From Squalus acanthias (taxonomy: Eukaryota), in NCBI GenBank assembly GCA_030390025.1, contig CM059433.1:13394001-13458000 (forward strand): DNA of 64,000 nucleotides, in the 5' to 3' direction. The translations under genes were made by a program, and so were the position numbers. Each line of letters starts with the position of its first letter. Position 1 is the stretch's first letter. The notes below the pieces were generated by a model, which saw only the letters and a list, made by a program, of their open reading frames with translations, made no database searches and was not told the DNA's origin. This document shows, piece after piece, positions 34,230 to 47,699 of this stretch.

Positions 34230-35106
34230 GGCCGCGATTTTGCCGGCGCTCAGAGGGCGAGTTTGGAGGCGGGTCAGAGGTTAAATTCATTTTGATTGAC
34301 GGCGGGTTCCGATCCCGCCGTCAACCCGCCTCCAAACAGCTTTCCCAAGCATCGGGTCCCCGATTTGCGAATGGACCCAACACCGGGCGGCGGGAAGCGG
34401 ATTAAAGGCAATTACCTGCCTATTAACAGGTATTTGCCAGTAGTTTACAGCCTGTTTTTGGATTTTGCTGCTTCTGGCTCGGGTTTCCCGACGTCCGGAC
34501 ACCACGCCAGGTAAGTGTGGCGTGTTGTGATTCTGCTGTAATGTTTCTGGATTGATGACAGCTGCAGAAGTGGTGTAAAGGATCCAATGTTGCACATGGT
34601 GAGTCTCAGAGGAAAGAAAATGTTGGGTACTGCATTTTTAATACATTTACAGATTTCTTTAGCTTACAAGTTTTTAAATCCATGCCCAGTGCCACCTCAT
34701 TGGGAGAACCTCTCTCACCAGTGACAGATCGCTTCTGTCACCTCACCTGCAGCTGCCATCTATTCCAGCCTATGGAGGGAGTCATTGGAGAGCCTGGGTG
34801 CAAGAGGTCACCTTTGTGCTGTGATTGTCAGTGTTTTCAGCACCTCAATGCTGTCAAACACTGAGAAATCAACTGTCAAAATAAAATTGTGTGTGGTCCC
34901 TTTAAGGAAACCGGCAGATGACACGTCATCAAATGACATCATCTGACCCACTTCCTGTTAATTGCCCAGCAAGCCCGCAGTGCGGGCTTAACAAGGTCAA
35001 TCAAGGTAAAATCACGTCTGTGGAACGGAAGCAGCTGGGGGCGGGACTGGAAGCCCGAAACCAGCTGACCCGCACTCAACCCGCCTCCATTAATAAAATC
35101 GCAGCC
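34230..35106. mobile_element. Non-autonomous Harbinger-type element
   Basis: TIR GGCCGCGATTTT / AAAATCGCAGCC; 3-bp TSD ATA; deletion derivative of the 56274-58470 family. Confidence 0.85.
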
Positions 35107-35535
35107 ATAGAGTCATTAACGGCACAGAAGGAGGCCATTCGGCCCATCAAGTCCGTGCCAGCTCTCTATAGAGCAATCCAGTCAATCCCATTCCCCTGCT
35201 CTATCCCTGTAGCCCTGCAAGTTTATTTCCCTCAAGTGCCTATCCAGTCTCCCGTTGAAAACATTGAGTGTGTCCGCTTCCACCACTTCCATCGGCAGTG
35301 AATTCCAGGTCATCACCACTCGCTGCGTAAAAAGTTTTTCCTCACATCTCCCCTGTATCTTTTGCCCAAAACTTTAAATCTGTGTCCCCTAGTCCTTGTA
35401 CCATTAACTAGTGGGAACAGCCTTTCCTCGTGTAGCCTATCCAAACCCGTCATAATCTTGTACACCTCTATCAAACCTCCTTTGCTCTAATGAAAACAAT
35501 TCCAGCTTCTCCAACCTGTTCTTGTAGCTAAGATC
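35107..35535 (-). mobile_element. CR1 LINE 3' fragment
   Basis: Reverse complement of 1-320. Confidence 0.88.
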
Positions 35536-35537
35536 CC

Positions 35538-35867
35538 CATCTTTCGGATGAGACATTAAACCAAGGCCCCGTCTGCTCTCTCAGGTGGACATAAAACTTC
35601 CCGTGGCACTATTTCGAAGAAGAGCAAGGGAGTTATCCCCGGTGTCCTGGCCAATATTTATCCCTCAAACAACATAACAAAAACAGATGATCTGGTCATT
35701 ATCACATTGCTGTTTGTGGGAGCTTGCTGTGCACAAATTGGCTGCCACGTTTCCCGCATTACAACAGTGACTCCACTTCAAAAATACTTCATTGGCTGTA
35801 AAGCGCTTTGAGATGTCCAAGGTCGTGAAAGGCGCTATATAAATGCAAATCTTTCTTTCTTTCTTTC
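35538..35867 (+). mobile_element. Deu-core SINE, 5'-truncated
   Basis: Core and tail match 11550-11858; (TCTT)n tail. Confidence 0.88.
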
Positions 35868-37398
35868 ATGCTTGGGAGGAACAAATTGACTTTGGAATTA
35901 TGATTCCAAAGCTTTCCACCACTGGGGTTTTCCTCGTGTCATGTCTGGGTCTGTTGTAGACTAATTGATAGAGATTGATTGCTATAATTAGTCAACCATT
36001 TCATTGTGGTTGTATCATGTGACCACCAGATGGTTGAAGGTGAACGAGATGGACCTTGGTCTTTTTTTGGTCTAGCAATTCCTACGTTCCTATGTAAATG
36101 CTTCATATGTTGGTCTGAAATTCCTCTCTCTGCTGTGTTAGCAGAGACGTTAGCCTAATTATAATAAATGGGTTAACGCCTCCACTAAAATAGTGAAGCG
36201 TGGAAGTTCAGACCAGCATGCTAAGCCTTCATGCAGCAGTTTCCCACTATCATTTTAACCGCTCGATGTTCTATTTCCTGGACAATACTTCTCACTCTTC
36301 TCCATTTACAGGTTTCTGTCTTTTACACATCGACACTGAAGCATCCCCTCCGTAATTACTGTCAGAGCTTCTCTAAGATCAGCTGGCTTTGGTAGCAAGC
36401 TGAGCAGAAACATAGTCAGTTCTCCCTTTTCTCACTCCCCCCCCCCACCCCATGATAAAATACCTGAGTGAAGCTCCATCTAGTAGCTCTTTAAAAATTT
36501 GTCAAGTCTGCAAGTTTGAGTGACGGGCAGACGTAGGACCTCCAATATTGACCATCTGTTGTATTTTAGAACACGGAAAATATGTCTGCAGACTTTTTAT
36601 GAAAGTCTGACACTTTTCTGTTGTTTCAAGACTGCGCACTTAGAGTTCAAGACCTCCTGCCAGAAACTCAAACCTGTCCAGGCCCACGGAGAGCGGCAGC
36701 TGCAATGGAACACTGTAAATCAACAGTAAATCCATCCATGGAATATGTCAAGTCCCTGATGTTACAGTTTAGTGTGTCACATGACCAACGCAATTTAATT
36801 TTTTTACATTTTTTTGTGATTATTTATTGTGAAACATTTTTTTAATTAGATAATCCAATCTGTACGCCATTTGCAGTTACCTTTCCTTCTGGATTACATT
36901 GGTTCGTACAAGCCAAAAAAAAATGGCCACTTGACTTCAGTTTGCCTTTATTGGCAGCTGTTGAAAGCGAAGTTTTCTTCTGTATATTTTGCCTCTTTCC
37001 TTAAAAAAAAAACCCCTTCAGTAACTACATCCGAACTTACAATGCAGCCTTTGGAAACAGATCCTTTTCCATCTGCAGGTTTATTTTGGTAACTGTCTGA
37101 CTGCCACTGTTGTTTCAAAATTACACTTCCAATGGCTAATTAGTTTCAGGATTGCAAACAATTTCATCTCAATAAAGAAGTGAATTCATTCACATTTGTA
37201 AGTGGTAGGATAAATTGATTGCATATTGTGTTAACTAGGATACTGTGTGAGTTTCAGAAAACCCAGGAAACTAGCAACATCTAATTACATTCCCCGAAAA
37301 ACTGACTTTGGAACAGCCCTGAATATAGGCCTGTTATGTGTGAAATAACGATACAGACATGTTGTGAGTTAAGCTGCAGGTACGACTAACATCCCATC

Positions 37399-37925
37399 AC
37401 TACATTGGGGAGACCAAACGCCGATTGGGCGACCGCTTTGCGGAACACCTCCGTTCAGTCTGTAAGGTTGACCCCGAGCTTCCGGTCGCCTGTCACTTTA
37501 ATTCTCCGCTCCACTCCCACTCAGACCTCACTGTCCTCGGCCTCTTACACTGTTCCAATGAAGCTCAGCGTAAGCTCGAGGAACAGCACCTCATCTTTCG
37601 ATTAGGCACTTTACAGCCTTCTGGACTCAACATTGAGTTCAACAATTTCAGACTATAATCCCTGCCCCATTTTTCAGGCTGTTGATGATTCTGCCATCCC
37701 CATTTGCAACATTTAATCTCTCCTGCCTCCTACCCTAGCACAGAATGTTCCTTCAATTCCTTCCTCCCCCTTTCCCTGTCTCTGCACCTGCTTAAAATCT
37801 GTTACATCCCTAACCTTTTCTAGTTCTGACGAAGGGTCCCAGACCTGAAACGTTAACTCTGTTTCTCTCTCCATGGATGCTGCCTGGCCTGCTGAGTGTT
37901 TCCAGCATTTTCTGTTGTTATTCCA
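37399..37925 (+). mobile_element. Penelope-like element 3' fragment
   Basis: YIGETKRRLGDRFAEHLRSV...QPSGLNIEFNNFR, nearly identical to 9709-9965. Confidence 0.9.
37822..37858 (+). ncRNA. Minimal type I hammerhead ribozyme motif
   Basis: AGTT-CTGACGA-AG-GGTC-CCA-GACC-T-GAAACGTT-AACT. Confidence 0.78.
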
Positions 37926-38711
37926 TCACTCGTATTGGTGGAAACAAGTGACCTGAAGTACATGAAAGCACAGTTTGTAACAGTGGCCGATTTAGAAATT
38001 TCTGACCAGGAACGTGAGCACTACGGGAATGAAATTTATTTTCTTCGGATGTCTTCTCTCTCTCTTCCCCATCATTCCCAGAACATTTTGTTTGGTTACA
38101 GTTTTTTCAGGAGATGAGAGACCCACCATTTGCTAAAGATTGTTGACCATCCATGTTGCTCATTTCTAAATTGGTCTCTTGAGTTATACTAATCCTTTTA
38201 TATTACGGGCAAGTTAGTTGAAGTCAGCTGCAAACATATCGGGGGAAATTTAACCTAAAAAGAACAGGTGGGTTGGGGTCGGGTGGGAAGTTAAAGTGTT
38301 AAAAATCTGAATCCCGACCAGAACCCGCCTCCAACCTGCCCACTTCCTGTTTTAATAGAGGCGGGATGGGGGCCGGGCAGCCAACCCACTGCCAGGAGGC
38401 GGGCGGTCTATTTAAATATTATAATGAGGCTGGAAGCCTCTTCTATAACCTCCATTTTGTATTTAATTGTAGCTGGTCGGGTTTTGCACACTTCGTAAAA
38501 CTCGCCAGCTACACCAAGGCGAGGACCGCTGCATCCAGGAGGTAAGTGTCTTTACATCTACCTCCTGGATCCAGGGTCCTTGCCTAACCCACCCCCTGCG
38601 ATCGGAGACCCCCCCCACGAGACCTCCAATCGTCTTCCCGAACTCCCCGCCTCCGTCCCCCCCCAACTGATGATCCTCAGGCCGGCCCTGTCCCTCGCCA
38701 TCCCCCCCCCA

Positions 38712-39125
38712 ACCGATGATCCTCAGGCCGGACATTATGCTCCCCCCACATGGTGCTCCAGCCCCGATCATTGCTTCTCTCCCTCCTCCACCACCCCCTC
38801 CCCCCCCACCGATGATCCTCAGGCCGGACATTATGCTCCCCCCACATGGTGCTCCAGCCCCGATCATTGCTTCTCTCCCTCCTCCACCACCCCCTCCCCC
38901 CCCACCGATGCTCCGGCCCCGATGCTTCCCTGCCCCCTTACAATCCTCCGGCACCCCGATCTTCTCTCTCTCCCCCCCTCGATGCTCAGGAGTCAGACCC
39001 TGATCCATTCTTCCCTCTCCCCCACCCTCCCAATGCTCAGGTGTCCGACCCCGATCCATTCTTCCCTCTCCCCCACCCCCCTCGATGCTCAGGGGTCAGA
39101 CCCTGATCCATGCTTCCCTCCTTCT
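38712..39125. repeat. C-rich tandem repeats: exact 96-bp duplication (38712-38910) and ~43-bp repeats (38975-39125)
   Basis: Unit ACCGATGATCCTCAGGCCGGACATTATGCTCC... recurs at 38712 and 38808, with a partial third start at 38904. Confidence 0.9.
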
Positions 39126-40680
39126 CCCCATCCACCAATCCTCCTCCGGCCGACCCCGGCCCCAACCCGATCCCTCCCTCCTGTCTGCGGCCTAGTGCCG
39201 CAGGCTTACTCGCCTGCAGCCAGTCAGCCTGGCAGCGGGTGGGAAACAGAGGCTTCCCATGAAAATCAGGCCCTGCCGTTAAAGTCGGCAGGGCCTGTGG
39301 GAAACCTGTTCTCCTGGGTGTCCGGACTGCCCCACCATAGTGAGCTGTCTCCGGGGCTGTCCCTGTCACCAGTACTTGCTCCTGCGCCATCACCGCCTCA
39401 TCCTCTTACCCAGCTGCAGTGCCAATCTGTGGGCTGGTGCTCGGGAGTGATGGAGCGTGTAATGGTACCTCCACACAAGGACTTTCCTCCTTTGTGGTGT
39501 GTTCTTCGAGGGGGCTCTGGGTGCTGAGAAGGGCCGAGAGGAAAGAGAAAAGAAAGAGGAGTTAGAATGACATTGGGAGGCTGCACAGTTGCAAAAGACA
39601 TTGATGTAGTGAAGTTGGCTGGTGTGCCTTTTACCAGTGGCGGAGTACATGTAATTGCCAGAGACCCTGTTCAGTGAAGCTGGCAGCCTCACAATGCCTG
39701 ATGTGCACAACCCTGGCAGGCCCCCAAAAATTTCCAGGGCTTGCTGCTCCAGCTCGCTCAGGATAATGAGGCGAGCTGGTCCTTCCCCGGTCTCGCTCCT
39801 CTCATGGTTATTGTGCGCCGTTTCGTCCTGCAGTAAAGAGAGGGTGAGATTTAGTGAGCGGTTACTGAAAAGGAGACTGCGGATGTGCAGGACTTGTGCT
39901 GGTAGTTCATTTGCTGTTAGTGAGAAGAAGCAGGCGCAAGCAAGATAATGAGGTGTTGAATGGGAAGCGAGTGTGCGGAGTGTGAAGTGAGGAAGGAGAC
40001 TTGAGAGCAGTTGCTGATTCTGCAAAGTCTTGCCAAGCGAGAGGAGAATGGTGTTGGCGGCTGGTGTGAAGGGAACAAGGAGGATGTGTTTGTCATGAGA
40101 ATGAGAGGTGGTATAGTGTGGGCTTGAGCTCGGTGGCGAAGGACATGATGGAAGGAAGGGAATTGTTGAGAGAGGTGGGGGAGGAGGTGAAGGACTGCTG
40201 GCAGGTCATTGAAGTGGTTCCTGCACTCTATCCAAGTCCCGGAGGTCACACTCCTGAGCTAACGAGTTCTGAAATCTCCACTTGTGGTGGACAGAGTGTT
40301 TGGCAGCCCTTCTGGCACTGCTGGGGAACAGGAGTTCCTTTTTAGCCGTCACCTCTTCCACGACCATCTCCAGGGAAGCCTCTGAGAACCTGGGGACTTG
40401 CCAGTGACTCATTTCATGGAAGATTCATCTTTCAGCACCTCGGAAATGGAAGAGGGGAACTCAACCTCCCTTTAAGAGGTGCATTCCTGCTTTAAATAGG
40501 CCTCAGGCTGACCCACCAGAATTTGCTCCCCGAAGTGGTGGATTTCCGGATGGGTCAGCCAATTCAGTGAGAAAATCACCGATGAGATTATAAACAGGCC
40601 CGGGGGTTAAAATACCCCAGGTCTGTTTTTGACTGAAGCGGGTGAGTTTTAAACTGAAAGGAGAACTCGTCTACCTAAAA

Positions 40681-41207
40681 CTCCTTATCTAAGGAAGAAT
40701 ATACTTGCCTTGGAGGCGGTGCAATAAAGGTTTACGAGATTGATTCCTGGGATGAGAGGGCTGTCCTATGATGAGAGATTGTGTAGAATGGGCCTTTACT
40801 CTTAGAAGAATGAGAGGTGATCTCATTGAAACATACAAGATTCTGAAGGGGATTGACAGGGTAGATGCTGAGAGGTTGTTTCCCCTGGCTGGAGTGTCTA
40901 GAACTAGGGGGCATAGTCTCAGGATAAGAGGTAGGCCATTTAAGACTGAGATGAGGAGGAATTTCTTCACTCAGAGGGTTGTGAATTTTTGGAATTCTCT
41001 ACCCCAGAGGGCTGTGGATGCTGAGTCGTTGAGTATATTCAAGGCTGAGATCGATAGATTTTTGGACTCTAGGGGAATCAAGGGATATGGAGATCGGGCG
41101 GAAAGTGGAGTTGAGGTCGATGATCAGCCATGATCTTATTGAATGGCGGAGCAGGCTCGAGGGGCCGTATGGCCGACTCCTGCTCCTAATTCTTATGTTC
41201 TTATGCT
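40681..41207 (+). mobile_element. CR1 LINE 3' fragment
   Basis: [14 protein letters not shown]...RRNFFTQRVVNFWNSLP; TTCTTATG tail. Confidence 0.92.
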
Positions 41208-41828
41208 CTTAAAACTGCCCCGGAGTTAAAATCGGGACAGCAGCAAGGAATTCTGCTGCTTTAAACATCAAGTGCCATTGATAATTAGCTGACGAGGCAG
41301 GGAGTCTAACTCTAGCTTTCAACAGTTGGCATGGTGCCTTAAACCCTGCCTGGCACGATGCCTTGTCTCACTGCTCTCTTGAACTTGAAGAGGATGTGAA
41401 TTGTTTTGTTTTAAAACATATCCAAATGATCATAAAACCACTTCCTATTTTCAACTATAGGAACTAAAATTAATGTGCGATTATTGACTTGTGCTAAATG
41501 GCCTGAGTTCTGAGTTACTGTGTACCTTATTACTTTGTTATCATTCACTTGATAAACTAATGGCTATCTTCAATGTAGAAATATATCACTTGAATGTTAA
41601 CTAATTAGTTATGAACTGTGTATTTCCCGCCTCATTCACTCCCCTCATTAACATTTGGAGTGTGATAGCCAGCTGCCACACACCAATCATTTGGGAGACA
41701 AAAATATGTAACCACTATGGCACCTTATGTGACACTTTGAAGCTGTCTTACTGCAGAATTGTTTGCTCCGATCAAATTAGGCGTTGCAAATTACGGCCCA
41801 TTATGTCTCTTTTTCCACAAAGCATAGT

Positions 41829-42013
41829 GAGGGTAATTTTGACTTTGTGCGATAGTATAAAACAGGCGGTATTGATTCAGCCACCCGCTATACGTGTCTC
41901 CTGATTTTCATTTCTATTGAAGTCGATGGAATTGAACATCGGGAGAGATGTATAACGTGCGGCTGATTCACTATCGCCCATTTTACAATATCGCCCAAAG
42001 TCAAAATGACCTC
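41829..42013. mobile_element. Palindromic MITE (~185 bp)
   Basis: GGTAATTTTGACTTTGTGCGATAGT... is inverted against ...ATATCGCCCAAAGTCAAAATGACC; related pieces at ~1850-1970, 32602-32760 and 55915-56063. Confidence 0.75.
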
Positions 42014-42124
42014 CAGTGAGTCTACAGGTAAATTCCAGCCTATACCTTGTTCTTGGCCAAGCATGTACTGAAAATCTACAAGTCAGCCCTATCCCCCTAA
42101 CTGCATAATGCTCACAATCTTATA

Positions 42125-42488
42125 CAGGAAACTCTTTATTAAACGGCACCCAAATATCCGGAAATCTCTCTTAACCGGCAAAATTCTTGAGTAGGTAACC
42201 GGGGTTTTCCTTCATCTCTCGTTTAAAATTAACTTTAAAAAAAAACCCGAGGCGTTTGCCTTGTATCGGAGCGTGTAGATTGGGAGGGGAATGTGCAGCC
42301 CGGGTAGGCAGCGGACACGACAGATGGTCAGCGGGCGGTCCCCGGGGAGACGGAGCTCCGAATGCAGGCGCATGTCAATGTGTACGGGGCTCTCGTACGT
42401 TGGGAGATATAACTCTCCATTATCCGGACTTTTTGATTAACCGGCACCACGCTGGTCCCGTCGGTGCCGGTTAATAAAGAGTTTCCTG
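42125..42488. mobile_element. Tc1/mariner-superfamily (pogo/Tigger-like) MITE
   Basis: 26-bp TIR CAGGAAACTCTTTATTAAACGGCACC / GGTGCCGGTTAATAAAGAGTTTCCTG (1 mismatch); TA TSD; subterminal TTAACCGGCA repeats. Confidence 0.88.
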
Positions 42489-42587
42489 TATATGGATTTT
42501 AAACACTTAGCTGTAGTGTTGGCTTCAGCACTGAGGACATCAATGGGTTGGGCTGCCCAACATTCCTGATTAACGAGCAGTCATAAT

Positions 42588-43331
42588 GGCCCAGAAATTG
42601 ATCTCGCTCTGTTCCCGCGGGGGTAAGGCTTTCCCGCGATCTCTCACCTCGCTTGTGCTTTTTCAGATCCAGCTCGCACGAACTTCATGTTCTAGAGATC
42701 AGCTGGGCAGTGCTTGCGTATCCCAGCGGCGTAGTGAATTCGTGCGAGCTGTGGGATCACGTGACTCAGTTAGAGCCAATGGCAGCACACCATCTTCCAT
42801 TCATAAGTTTCACAGCAGGGCTGTGAAATCTATGAATCTTACACCCCCCCAAAATAACAGCTAAACCTCAATTAAATTTAAAAAAAAACCCATCACATTA
42901 ATAAAATAAGTATAGTTAATTAAATTAACCATTTTAAATAAAAAATTAAATTTTTGAAAAAATTTAAAATCTTTTAAAAAGTTATAAAAATAAACTTACC
43001 TGTCTTTAAAGTCTCTAAAAAAGATATACCTGTTAAAAAAAATTCAAAAAAATACTTAATTCACTACTTACCTTCTTAAAAGCGGGTCTTACTCCTCCTT
43101 TTTACATTTCCAAAATCTTCAGTACTTACCTGCGCGTCCAAAGCATGAAGTGCACAGCGTGCGCGCAGCCTGTAGCGCGCACGCGATGCACCGAGGACCC
43201 GCCCCCTTTTCAGAAGAGCAATTGCCGGTTTTCAGCGCATGCGCAGGGCATGCAGAAAACCGGCAATTGCAGAGGGAATACGCGAGAGTACGCAGTGCGT
43301 ACTCTCGCGTCCCGGGATCAATTTTCGGCCC
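42588..43331 (-). mobile_element. Harbinger-type MITE with AT-rich core
   Basis: TIR GGCCCAGAAATTGA / TCAATTTTCGGCCC; 3-bp TSD AAT. Confidence 0.85.
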
Positions 43332-45217
43332 AATAACTCATTTAGCTGCAGTCAAACTTAAATGATCACACAGGTACACCTAAAGCCTCAAACACCTAGC
43401 CTCGTGTGAGTGACCCTATGGCTAGCTATGAGAGTTAGCCCTATAGGAACAGAAATAGGCCGTTCATCCCCTCAAGCCTGTTTCATCATTCAATTAGATC
43501 ATGGCTGATCTGTACTGGCATGCACAGAGTACAGTATTGACATTTGGCTTAAGTTGTGAATTTCTTTGTAATGTTTCATGACTTATTTTCCCTCATCATT
43601 GTACCTTTATCTTCCTTCCCATTTCGATCCATTATATTTCTGGTGCTGTTTGACCCTCGCTTACTTAATTTTATGAGACTATTAAATGTCAAAGCCAATT
43701 TAATATCACACATTTGGCTGTTGGACTGGAACTAATAATAAAAAGGAGACACCACTGTATTCAAGAATTCATCAAAGACCATTCCAAAATGACAAAGATC
43801 TATCTACGGGCATTAAGCAATGATTGCTTCATCCTCATTTTACGTCATGTCTTAAAAGAAAAAGCTTGCATTCTTATAATTCTTAAGTTCTTGTTTCTTG
43901 GCTTCTCTATCTGATATGTACGTGCTCATTATTTTCTTTGTCTGTTACAATCATAGTCTATGTTTAGTCCTGCTTTCATGAGGGAACCCATTAATTAGAG
44001 GATAAACAGTTACTTGGAACAGGAGCTCTCACAGGGTTTAGATAATGTTGGTAAACGGCTTCAACTTTCTCCTCGTTCTTCTTCAAACTGAGAATGCATT
44101 ACAGCTTTGAAAGCAGTGCTTAGCACTGTTCTCCCTTTCCTATCCTGAAGGTACTGACCCAGGCTGAGATACAATACCATGGCTACCAGTTAACCTGCAC
44201 CCCAAATGACTATTTTACACCAAGAGAGTAAAAGCCTCAATTTGATCCCTCCCTCCACCCCACCAACCCTGCACCCCGCCCCCCCCGCTGTGGTCGGTGA
44301 GCATGTGTTGTACGAGGGGTTAGCATCGCAGCAGCGTGAGGCTCACCGCATACATGCTGACTCTGCGCCTCTCAGCATTTTGGCAGGTGTGATTCGGGCA
44401 ACATGTCATTCAGACCCCAACGCCATTTTAACTGGTTATCACTGAGGTTAGCTCCTGGTGCTAGCCTTGCCATCAACATTGGGCATCAAGGAGCTGCAGC
44501 CATGAAGAGGGACGAATTTTATTTAATGGTTTTTCCAGCAGGAAACGGACAGGCTCGGGTCGGCCACCCATTTTATACCTCGCCCGATTTTATTCTCCAT
44601 TGATTTCAATGACTTCTAACATCGACACTCCTCCCTAGAATCAGTCCTTACGGCCATCCGCAAGCCAAGTCACACAATAAGGCTCACTCACTATACCACA
44701 TATACTGCAACTTTTATATTGCAAATGTTAGGGTAACGTACGACAATGTATTGAAACTATGGTAATAATGAAACATTTTTGTATGTGTTGGATGACTTAG
44801 AGAAGTACATCGCAGATTAGCTGATATAAACACCTCAGTTGAGGGCTAAATATTGGCCAAGACACAGGGGAGAACTCCCCTGCTCTTCAAATAGTGCCAT
44901 GAGTTCCAGACGTGTGAATCCAAATGATCTTGCAACTGCCTTGTATAGTTTTTGTTAAATAATACTTGTGTTTAGCAGATAATGAAAGAAAATAAAACAT
45001 TTTCATAATCTCTGAATTTGGCAACTGCGGCGCGATGTACATGCATAGCATGTCTCAGTGTCTCCGATGTGTTGCTGTTCATAGGCTCCCTCATTAATAG
45101 TGAAACCAGATGGAGAAGATACATATTTGGAACCCTGTGGTACATGGACTTTCTACTAATCATCGAAGCAGCATAGCCAGTAAACAACACAAGTTGATTG
45201 TGATATTTGAGAATCAC

Positions 45218-46611
45218 TGTAGGGGGTGGTGGTTTGTGTCAGCTTCACCTCTGACTGCTGAACGGTTCGAATCGCTCCCCCACCCTTGGTTCTAGACCTT
45301 GGACTTATTTGGGGGTTGTGATAAAAGGTGCAGCAGACAACTGAGTTTGATGAAAGAACTTCGATCTTTATTCAAGAAAGTAAAACACAACACAAACACT
45401 CAACACTCTAAAGGTGGGGAACACTTCGGTACAAGCGAGAGAAATAACATTAGAAGAATACTTCACCCCTCCCAATCCCACTTCACTAGCTAGGTTGGAC
45501 TCTGGAGAACCAGGGATAATGCTCACCAAACGAATCCTTGACAGTTGAGAGTTAGGGTTTAGAGTCTTTTGAGTAAAAAGTTTCGTAAGGCCCTTGTTGC
45601 CGCGAGGTGTCCGATGGTCACTGAGGCGGTCGCTCTGGTCTCTTCTTGTGTGTCGGCCTACTTCTGGAGCTGTTGGCCTTCTTTGTTGAACTTCTTTCTG
45701 TTGAACTCTGCCTCTGTTTAAACTGTCTTCTTCCGAGCTGTGGAACTGCCTTCTCTTTGCTTCTCCTGAACTCTGTAACTCCAGCACTGACTTCTGCTGA
45801 AAACAGGCTTTCAATTGAACTCGAAACTGCAGAACTGCCTTCTGTTGAACTTGAACTGTTTTACTGGAGAACTGGAGAACTCCCTTCTTACTGAACTGTC
45901 TTCTTTAACTGCCCAACTTGCTTCTCCTGAACTCTGTAACTTCAGCACTGACTTCTGCTGAAAACAGGCTTTCAAATTGAACTCGAAACTGCAGAACTGG
46001 CTTCTTGAGAAAACAGCCTTTCAATTATACTAATTGAAGCTTCCTTATCAAAACCAAATCAAATCCCGGTCATTGTAAGATTTTTGGAGGCCTCGTAAAC
46101 AGTAACGACTTTACTAGCGTGTTAACTGGTTTTTGGGATGGCTTGCATCCTGTCGATCTCCTTGGTTGATTACAGTTGATTGGTTTTGTGTTTGGTTTTC
46201 TAGGCTGGACTCGATCTTTCTATAGAAATGGTCCTGAGTGGGTTTTGTTATGCATGTTTCTGATGGGCCCTGTAATCGGTTTTTGATGGGGCCTGTATTT
46301 GGGTGGGGCTGCTCTTCTCCGGGATCTATTGTCAAAATGTTAACGTCTGCTGGGGTTTTGAGTGAGGTCAGACGGTTCCCCAGACAGTGTAATTAACTGC
46401 AATAGCCAAACTGCTTTTACAGAGGTCGAGCCCACCTCCTGTGCAGCCTTTTCTCCCTTACAGGTCCAGACATGTTTTGAAAATGCCAAAACTTGGTTTT
46501 TGGTCTTAAATTCCTTATGTTAGGCCCAAATGCATTTTCATCACTCTGAGGTAGTTCCAAAGTCCTTTTTCCTTAGGTTTTTGGGGCTCTGCAAATTTTG
46601 GAAACCTTACA
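45218..46611 (-). mobile_element. Solo LTR (1394 bp)
   Basis: TGTA...TACA termini; 4-bp TSD TCAC; ends homologous to 6612-7757; internal ~80-bp duplication (~45759-45838 and ~45920-45999). Confidence 0.85.
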
Positions 46612-46714
46612 TCACAAAGTGCATAAAACTTGAAAAGCACTGGTGTCTCCACGTTTTCTGTTTATACTCTGCCTTAATTATGCTATTTTAATTTAATTTA
46701 AAAAATGAACCGAG

Positions 46715-47120
46715 TTGGTAGCAGCTCAGCGGGTTGTACATAGGTCTTTCACCTCTTGGACTCTGGGTTCAAGTTTAGCCCAGATTGAGGGAGTGGCAGA
46801 TTTCTCTGTCTGTTGTCCATCGAGATCCTTTGCAAAGTGCATTTTGAAAGACTCGTCCCAAATACTAGTGGGCATGGGCCCACAGCACTAAGCTGGCTAT
46901 TTCACTCAGAAAAGCCACAAAACAGTTGGCACAGGAAATTGAATATGTCACCCTGGTGGGCATACAGATTGGTATTTAAGACTCACTGTTGGAGCCCAAT
47001 AAAGTGAGCTTTACTCTGTATCCGATTGTAGAATAAATGATCTGAGAGTACTTGATGCTGGTCTAAAATGGAAAAGTGTTCCATATTCCAGTAAAACATT
47101 CCTCACCTGGATAAGCAAAA
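46715..47120 (+). mobile_element. LF-SINE-like element (decayed)
   Basis: CTTTCACCTCT...CTGGGTTCAAGTTTAGCCCAG head, and a tail similar to 8420-8530. Confidence 0.6.
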
Positions 47121-47210
47121 AAATGTTATCATATCAACAGATACAACCTTCATGAAAAGGCTTTACTTTGTTTATGGAGAAAAGATACGTGGCAATTTTG
47201 TCCCAGTGAT

Positions 47211-47699
47211 AAAGAAAGAAAGATTTGGATTTATATAGCGCCTTTCACGACCACCGGACGTCTCAAAGCGCTTTACAGCCAATGAAGTACCTTTTGAAGT
47301 GGAGTCACTGTTGTAATGTAGGAAATGCGGCAGCCAATTTGTACACAGCAAGTTCCCACAAACAGCAATGTGACAATGACCCGATAATCTGTTTTTTTGT
47401 GATGTTGATTGAGGGATAAACATTAGGCAGGACACCAGGGATAACTCCCCTGCTCTTCTTCGAAATAGTGGCCATGGGATCTTTTACGTCCACCTGAGCG
47501 AGCAGACGGGGCTTCGGTTTAACGTCTCATCCGAAAGACGGCACCTCCGACAGTGCAGCACTCCCTCAGCACTGCACTGGGAGTGTCAGCCTAGATTTTT
47601 GTGCTCAAGTCCCTGGAGTGGGACTTGAACCCACAACCTTCTGACTCAGAAGCGAGAGAGAGAGAGAGAGAGTGCGGCCCACTGAGCCACAGCTGACAC
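47211..47699 (-). mobile_element. Deu-core SINE, full length, with a (GA)n expansion in the head
   Basis: Reverse complement of 11411-11858. Confidence 0.9.

Larger units (their letters stand above)
38241..41238. mobile_element. Non-autonomous Harbinger derivative with a spliced Myb/SANT-like gene relic on the minus strand; CR1 inserted at ~40681-41207
   Basis: Left end GGGGGAAATTTAACC shared with 52788; right end GTTAAAATCGGGAC (alternative end ~40618); relic exons VPRFSEASLEMVVEEVTAKKELLFP...CRNHFNDL (40205-40412) and AHNNHERSETGEGP...EQQALEI (~39720-39830). Confidence 0.75.

Noticed and set aside
36520..36845. Short ORFs or possible exon in unique sequence
   Set aside because: No recognisable peptide and no convincing acceptor/donor pair
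38580..39527. 315-aa Pro-rich ORF and antisense Gly-rich ORFs
   Set aside because: By-product of C-rich tandem repeats inside a transposon; low complexity with no domain
45759..45999. CRISPR-like or regularly spaced repeats
   Set aside because: Eukaryotic context; a simple duplication plus GAACT motifs inside a solo LTR, with no repeat-spacer periodicity
6612..46611. The two related LTRs as ends of one giant element
   Set aside because: Opposite orientation, different interiors, and each has its own TSD (AATT; TCAC)
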